50,722 bases of DNA, taken from the NCBI GenBank assembly GCA_030645735.1, contig JAUSNP010000004.1:76739-127460 (forward strand). The letters are read 5' to 3'. Positions 46,684 to 50,722 of this stretch are shown here, piece by piece (the first letter of the stretch is position 1; each line of letters begins with the position of its first letter). The stretch is from Candidatus Moraniibacteriota bacterium. GTDB taxonomy: Bacteria > Patescibacteriota > Minisyncoccia > Moranbacterales > UBA2206. Made by a program: the position numbers and the translations under genes. Under the pieces are notes generated by a model, which made no database searches, was not told the origin of the DNA, and saw only the letters and a program-made list of their open reading frames with translations.

Positions 46684-48528
46684 CTATTTGATGTTGTCTG
46701 GAATATTTTGAATATCTTGTGGTGTAATATTGTAAATCAAGATCGATGTTCCAACTTGATAAACTGGCTTGATGTTTTTCAGCCAACGATAACTCATATT
46801 GTCTGCAATGTTAGTGTTGTAAGTGCTTTCTTGTAGGAAGAGGACGGAGATGGCATACCAACCAGTTTCGATTGGTCTTTTTGCCCCCCACCATTTTTCA
46901 TATCTATCACCAAGATAATAATTCAAATCGGCCATACCAAAATAATCTGTTTTAATTTTTGTTATTCCTGGATGATCCGCCAAAAATATTTTAAACCTCT
47001 TTAAGTCTTGCCCCCAATCAGTATTGGAGTCAGTGGCAACTTTATAACCTTGTTTGGATCCACTGACTAGAGAGTTGAAATAGGATGTGTAATAGGGGTA
47101 AGCAGAGATTGTCCCTGCAACTAAAAAGATTGTGAGACCAGAAATCATGATGTTGAAAATAAGTTTGCTTTGATGATGTCTATGTTTCAAAAATCTAAAA
47201 ATTCCGACAGAGACTAGGATATAGATAAATGGTAACATCGGAAAGAGGTGACGAAAGCCAATATTGAGTTTGCCGGTAATACTGGTGATGGCATAGAGAA
47301 GAATAAAAATAAACATAGAAAATTCCACGATACTGGTGCGGAGATAATGGGTGATGTTTTTGCGAATTTTAGCAAAGAAATTTTCTGATGGTGCAATTGT
47401 TGATTTGATGATTTTTGTAAAAGCTATAATCAGCGAGAATAGGATGAAGAATAAAATTGGCAAAGGTTCTTTGATTAGGAATACAATTGGGAAATAGGCA
47501 AAGAATCCTTGAGTATTCACCTCGCCCATGAGATAGGCTACATTTCCACCACCAACTCGTTGGAAGACACGCAGTACCCCAAAAAGATAATCAGCTAGCG
47601 GCATCAAAGCTGGATGATCATTAATGGAGACGAGAAATTCACGCGTATAAACGATGGCGGGTCGAGTATCACCTGGTTTGAAATAGTGACTGATAATTTC
47701 CGGCAATTTAGTTTGCGGCATGTTGTAGGCGCTGACAAAGTAGGCGATATAAACTAGGACTAGCGAAACTGCAAAAGCCGAAAATCCTTTCAGCAAATAT
47801 TCGCCAAGTGTAGCTAGTTTACTTTTATTATTATCTCGGTGCAGTTTCACGAAGGGATAAATTATTAGCACTAGACCAAAAACAGGAAACAAGAGAACAG
47901 AAGAAAATTTTGTTAATTGAACTAGCGCTAGGAAGAATCCTCCAATAAAAACATTTTTCCACGACGGCTGCTTAATAAATTTGAGAAAATAATAAAAAGA
48001 AAAAGTCATAAAGGCAGCGATGCCCAGATCAGTGGTGACGAAATGATTGTGTCCAAGAATGTTTGGGTCAAAAGCATACAAAGTCAGAGCAAATAATCCG
48101 GCAATTGTACCAGCCATTTCTTTGGTCCATTTGAAAATGAAAAGACCAAAAACAAGAGAAAGCAGAATGATTGGCAGGCGTGACCAGAAAATTATCTGAT
48201 CTGGATTATTGCCAGCGCCAAAAAGGAAATATTTGCCAGCATTCCACTGACTGGCATCAGCGTTGTCTTTGGTCCAGAAGTCTTGGGTGACATCGAATTT
48301 CGGTTGCAGAAAAAGCAAAGGTAGTGCAGCTAGATCTTTGAGGAGGGGTGGATGCTCAGGATTCAACCGAATATCTTGCTGAATCAGGTAGCTATAGCCC
48401 GCTGGAATGTGCGCTTCTTCGTCATAAATCAAAGCATCATTCTGGGCGTTCAAAAGTGAGACGACGGTCATGAAGGCTAAAATGGCAATTATGATTGTGG
48501 CTTGATATTTTTCTAAGAATTTTTTCAT
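46684..48528 (-). CDS. GT-C (ArnT/PMT-like) membrane glycosyltransferase
   Basis: YDEEAH, NPEHPPLLK, TTD, TKFS, GFRHLFP, DWGQD; many TMs. Confidence 0.88.
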   Translation of the reverse strand: MKKFLEKYQATIIIAILAFMTVVSLLNAQNDALIYDEEAHIPAGYSYLIQQDIRLNPEHPPLLKDLAALPLLFLQPKFDVTQDFWTKDNADASQWNAGKYFLFGAGNNPDQIIFWSRLPIILLSLVFGLFIFKWTKEMAGTIAGLFALTLYAFDPNILGHNHFVTTDLGIAAFMTFSFYYFLKFIKQPSWKNVFIGGFFLALVQLTKFSSVLLFPVFGLVLIIYPFVKLHRDNNKSKLATLGEYLLKGFSAFAVSLVLVYIAYFVSAYNMPQTKLPEIISHYFKPGDTRPAIVYTREFLVSINDHPALMPLADYLFGVLRVFQRVGGGNVAYLMGEVNTQGFFAYFPIVFLIKEPLPILFFILFSLIIAFTKIIKSTIAPSENFFAKIRKNITHYLRTSIVEFSMFIFILLYAITSITGKLNIGFRHLFPMLPFIYILVSVGIFRFLKHRHHQSKLIFNIMISGLTIFLVAGTISAYPYYTSYFNSLVSGSKQGYKVATDSNTDWGQDLKRFKIFLADHPGITKIKTDYFGMADLNYYLGDRYEKWWGAKRPIETGWYAISVLFLQESTYNTNIADNMSYRWLKNIKPVYQVGTSILIYNITPQDIQNIPDNIK

Positions 48529-48529
48529 A

Positions 48530-50116
48530 TTATTTTTTTAAAATATAATAAACACTCCCTGGTGAGGGCTTGATTTCTTGTAGGGTCAGATCTGGAAAAA
48601 CAACTTTCAGTCGGCTCTCGGTGTCAGCATCTTTGCCAGTTAGGATAATGATGAAATCATTAGTTTTTGGTCTAATTTGATCAAAGTTTTGCCACGAATA
48701 AAGATAGATTGTGTTGGGTGATTTGAGATTGAAAATTTGAATTGGCAAACGATCTAGGGGGCTGTGATAGGGACCAAAACTATTGACAATGAATTTTTCT
48801 TCGGAGGCTGGCAGGGTTTTGATGAGTCTGGATATGTCAGTCAGATTTTTATCAAATTCTTCAGCGGCCTTAGGGACTTTCGGCATGAAATAGAAATATT
48901 TTACAGCATTGAAAACGCCAATCAAAATAAAAATCAAAATTAATAGAGAATAGATGGCTTTGCGGGAAAAATAGAGTTGTTTTTCAGCTCTGGAAAAAAA
49001 GTATTCAAAAGTGATGGCGCCAAAGATGAAAACTACTGGCAAAGTTCCAATCGCTCGCAGGGCATGTGGGTTGCCTTCGGCGGAAAGAAATTCTGGTGCC
49101 AGCATAATTAAAAACCAAGAAACAAGAAAAAAGTAGATTTCTAATTCAGTTTGCTTGATTTTTTTAAATATTCGCAGATAAAAAAGATGAAAGAATTTTA
49201 GGCAAACGAAGATTAGGCCAAACATAAAAGCGGTACCGCTGAATGGATCGAGAATTGGATAGGGTGGATAGTTGTGGCGCCAGTTTTGATCGCCGACTAA
49301 ATTGTATTTGATAAGACTGAGAGAAAAATTCTGCAAAATGAGCCCAGTCAAGTTGCCTTTGTTTATTTCTGGAGAAAAAACTGAGATATCATCAACCGGC
49401 GCATGCACAAATTTTGGATTGGCATAGAGCGTATAAATCATTGGAAGAGCAACTAGAGTGAGAGTGAAGGTAAAAACTAGGATATTTTTACAATATTCTT
49501 TCAAAAAATTTTTGCGCGACAATACGAAAGCTATCAACATAAAGAAAAGAATGAGAGGGGCAATCCGCCAGGCAATATAGGTGTGGGCGCCGATGCCAAA
49601 AATCAAGCCACTCAAGGCAAAATCCCACCATTTTTTGGTGCGGATGCCTCGGAAAAGGAAATAGAAAGCAAAAGTCAGCACAAATGGCAACATATTGGCG
49701 CGAAAAGAAATCCGTCCGAAATTGATAGACCAATATGACACCGTCACCAAGAAAGCCGAAACGAGCGCCATGCGTTCTTTCTTGAAAAGTTCTTTGGTCA
49801 AAAGATATGTGCCCAAAATTGTCAGTGTGCTGAAAATGATGGATGGCAATTTCAAAGTCAGAATGCTGATGCCGAAAAGTTTGAAGCACAAAGCGATGAG
49901 ATTGATGAAAAGTCCTTCGCGTCCCTCATTGGCTGGATAGAAAAGTTCATAGTTGCCAGAATCTGTGGCTTTGTAGGCATCCTCGCCATTCATCGCTTCA
50001 TCCGGAAAAATTCCCAGTGGCAATGTGTCAATGTGATAGGAACGTAAAAACAATCCAAACACAACTATGAAAAATAGCAAAGAATAGGTCAATATTTTTT
50101 TATTTTTGGCAGTCAT
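48530..50116 (-). CDS. GT-C (ArnT/PMT-like, family 39) membrane glycosyltransferase
   Basis: LRSY...PDEAMNG, GREGLF, TYIAWR, PHALRAIG; many TMs. Confidence 0.88.
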   Translation of the reverse strand: MTAKNKKILTYSLLFFIVVFGLFLRSYHIDTLPLGIFPDEAMNGEDAYKATDSGNYELFYPANEGREGLFINLIALCFKLFGISILTLKLPSIIFSTLTILGTYLLTKELFKKERMALVSAFLVTVSYWSINFGRISFRANMLPFVLTFAFYFLFRGIRTKKWWDFALSGLIFGIGAHTYIAWRIAPLILFFMLIAFVLSRKNFLKEYCKNILVFTFTLTLVALPMIYTLYANPKFVHAPVDDISVFSPEINKGNLTGLILQNFSLSLIKYNLVGDQNWRHNYPPYPILDPFSGTAFMFGLIFVCLKFFHLFYLRIFKKIKQTELEIYFFLVSWFLIMLAPEFLSAEGNPHALRAIGTLPVVFIFGAITFEYFFSRAEKQLYFSRKAIYSLLILIFILIGVFNAVKYFYFMPKVPKAAEEFDKNLTDISRLIKTLPASEEKFIVNSFGPYHSPLDRLPIQIFNLKSPNTIYLYSWQNFDQIRPKTNDFIIILTGKDADTESRLKVVFPDLTLQEIKPSPGSVYYILKK

Positions 50117-50430
50117 ATTTTAGTTTTTATTTTAACTCAGCCTGTCAACTAAATAATAGCATATTCGTGGCTCTCTCAAAAGCCTTTTTTGAGTTATGCA
50201 CAGTTTCAGAAATGAGTTGGTTTGTGGTATAATTTAAGAGATAAAAATTCTAAAATATACTCAAGGAGTAGTTGTTTGCTATAGAAAAGATAATTCATTC
50301 GTGGCAGATATATTTTATTTGAAAAGCTCTGGATTGCGGTAAGAAAATAGATGTAGGCTGAAGAAAAGATCATTAGAGGTAAAACCGAAGCAACAATAGA
50401 CAGGTTTAAAAAAGAAGTTAAATAAATTTT

Positions 50431-50722
50431 ATGGAATCAGAAGTTCCGGCAGTGCAAACTGAAATAATGGACAAACAAGCAGAAGCGCGAAGAGCTGCTT
50501 TTGTTGTGATTGAAAATGAAAAAGCCAGAAGCATCAGTGAACTTGATGGACATAACTATGATGATGTGAGTGTTAATCTGGAAAAAGCGGAAATTAGCTA
50601 TGCTGATGAGGAAGTAGAAAAATTTAAAGAAGAAATGGATGCAACTGAGCAAGCATGGCTGAAGAAAAAGGAGGAGCAAAAAAAACACCAAATGTTATTC
50701 AGAACTATTCTCTGGAAGGAAC
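50431..50722 (+). CDS. Acidic hypothetical protein, 3'-truncated by the window edge
   Basis: Open frame MESEVPAVQTEIMDKQAEARR... to the end of the window. Confidence 0.65.
   Translation, partial: MESEVPAVQTEIMDKQAEARRAAFVVIENEKARSISELDGHNYDDVSVNLEKAEISYADEEVEKFKEEMDATEQAWLKKKEEQKKHQMLFRTILWKE

Noticed and set aside
38..50691. Many 60-240 aa ORFs antisense to or nested in the called genes and tRNAs
   Set aside because: Shadow frames with no motifs, overlapping well-supported features.

Overview
AT-rich bacterial chromosome segment whose gene content and style suggest a Patescibacteria/CPR (Parcubacteria-like) genome; this placement is inference. It carries a partial PilB/GspE-type ATPase, comF, HIT and MFS genes, recG, a GT2, tsaD, a PrsW-like protease, Hsp20, a VanW protein, eight tRNAs, a type IV pilus operon (pilB, pilC, three minor pilins, pilMNO) preceded by a two-component pair, an excision-repair cluster with two full-length uvrA paralogues plus uvrC and uvrB, secG, a peptide-binding protein and two GT-C glycosyltransferases. 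No transposase, integrase, CRISPR array or prophage was seen. The most unusual signal is a layer of tiny repeats: several families of GC-rich REP-like palindromes and 7-10 bp tandem arrays. They sit between genes, nest in one another, interrupt a tRNA-Ser remnant, and are inserted in frame in recG (2), uvrA (2) and uvrC (4). There is also a family of ~175-bp rod-hairpin elements ending in a potential intrastrand triplex, present as two divergent copies and one chimera.
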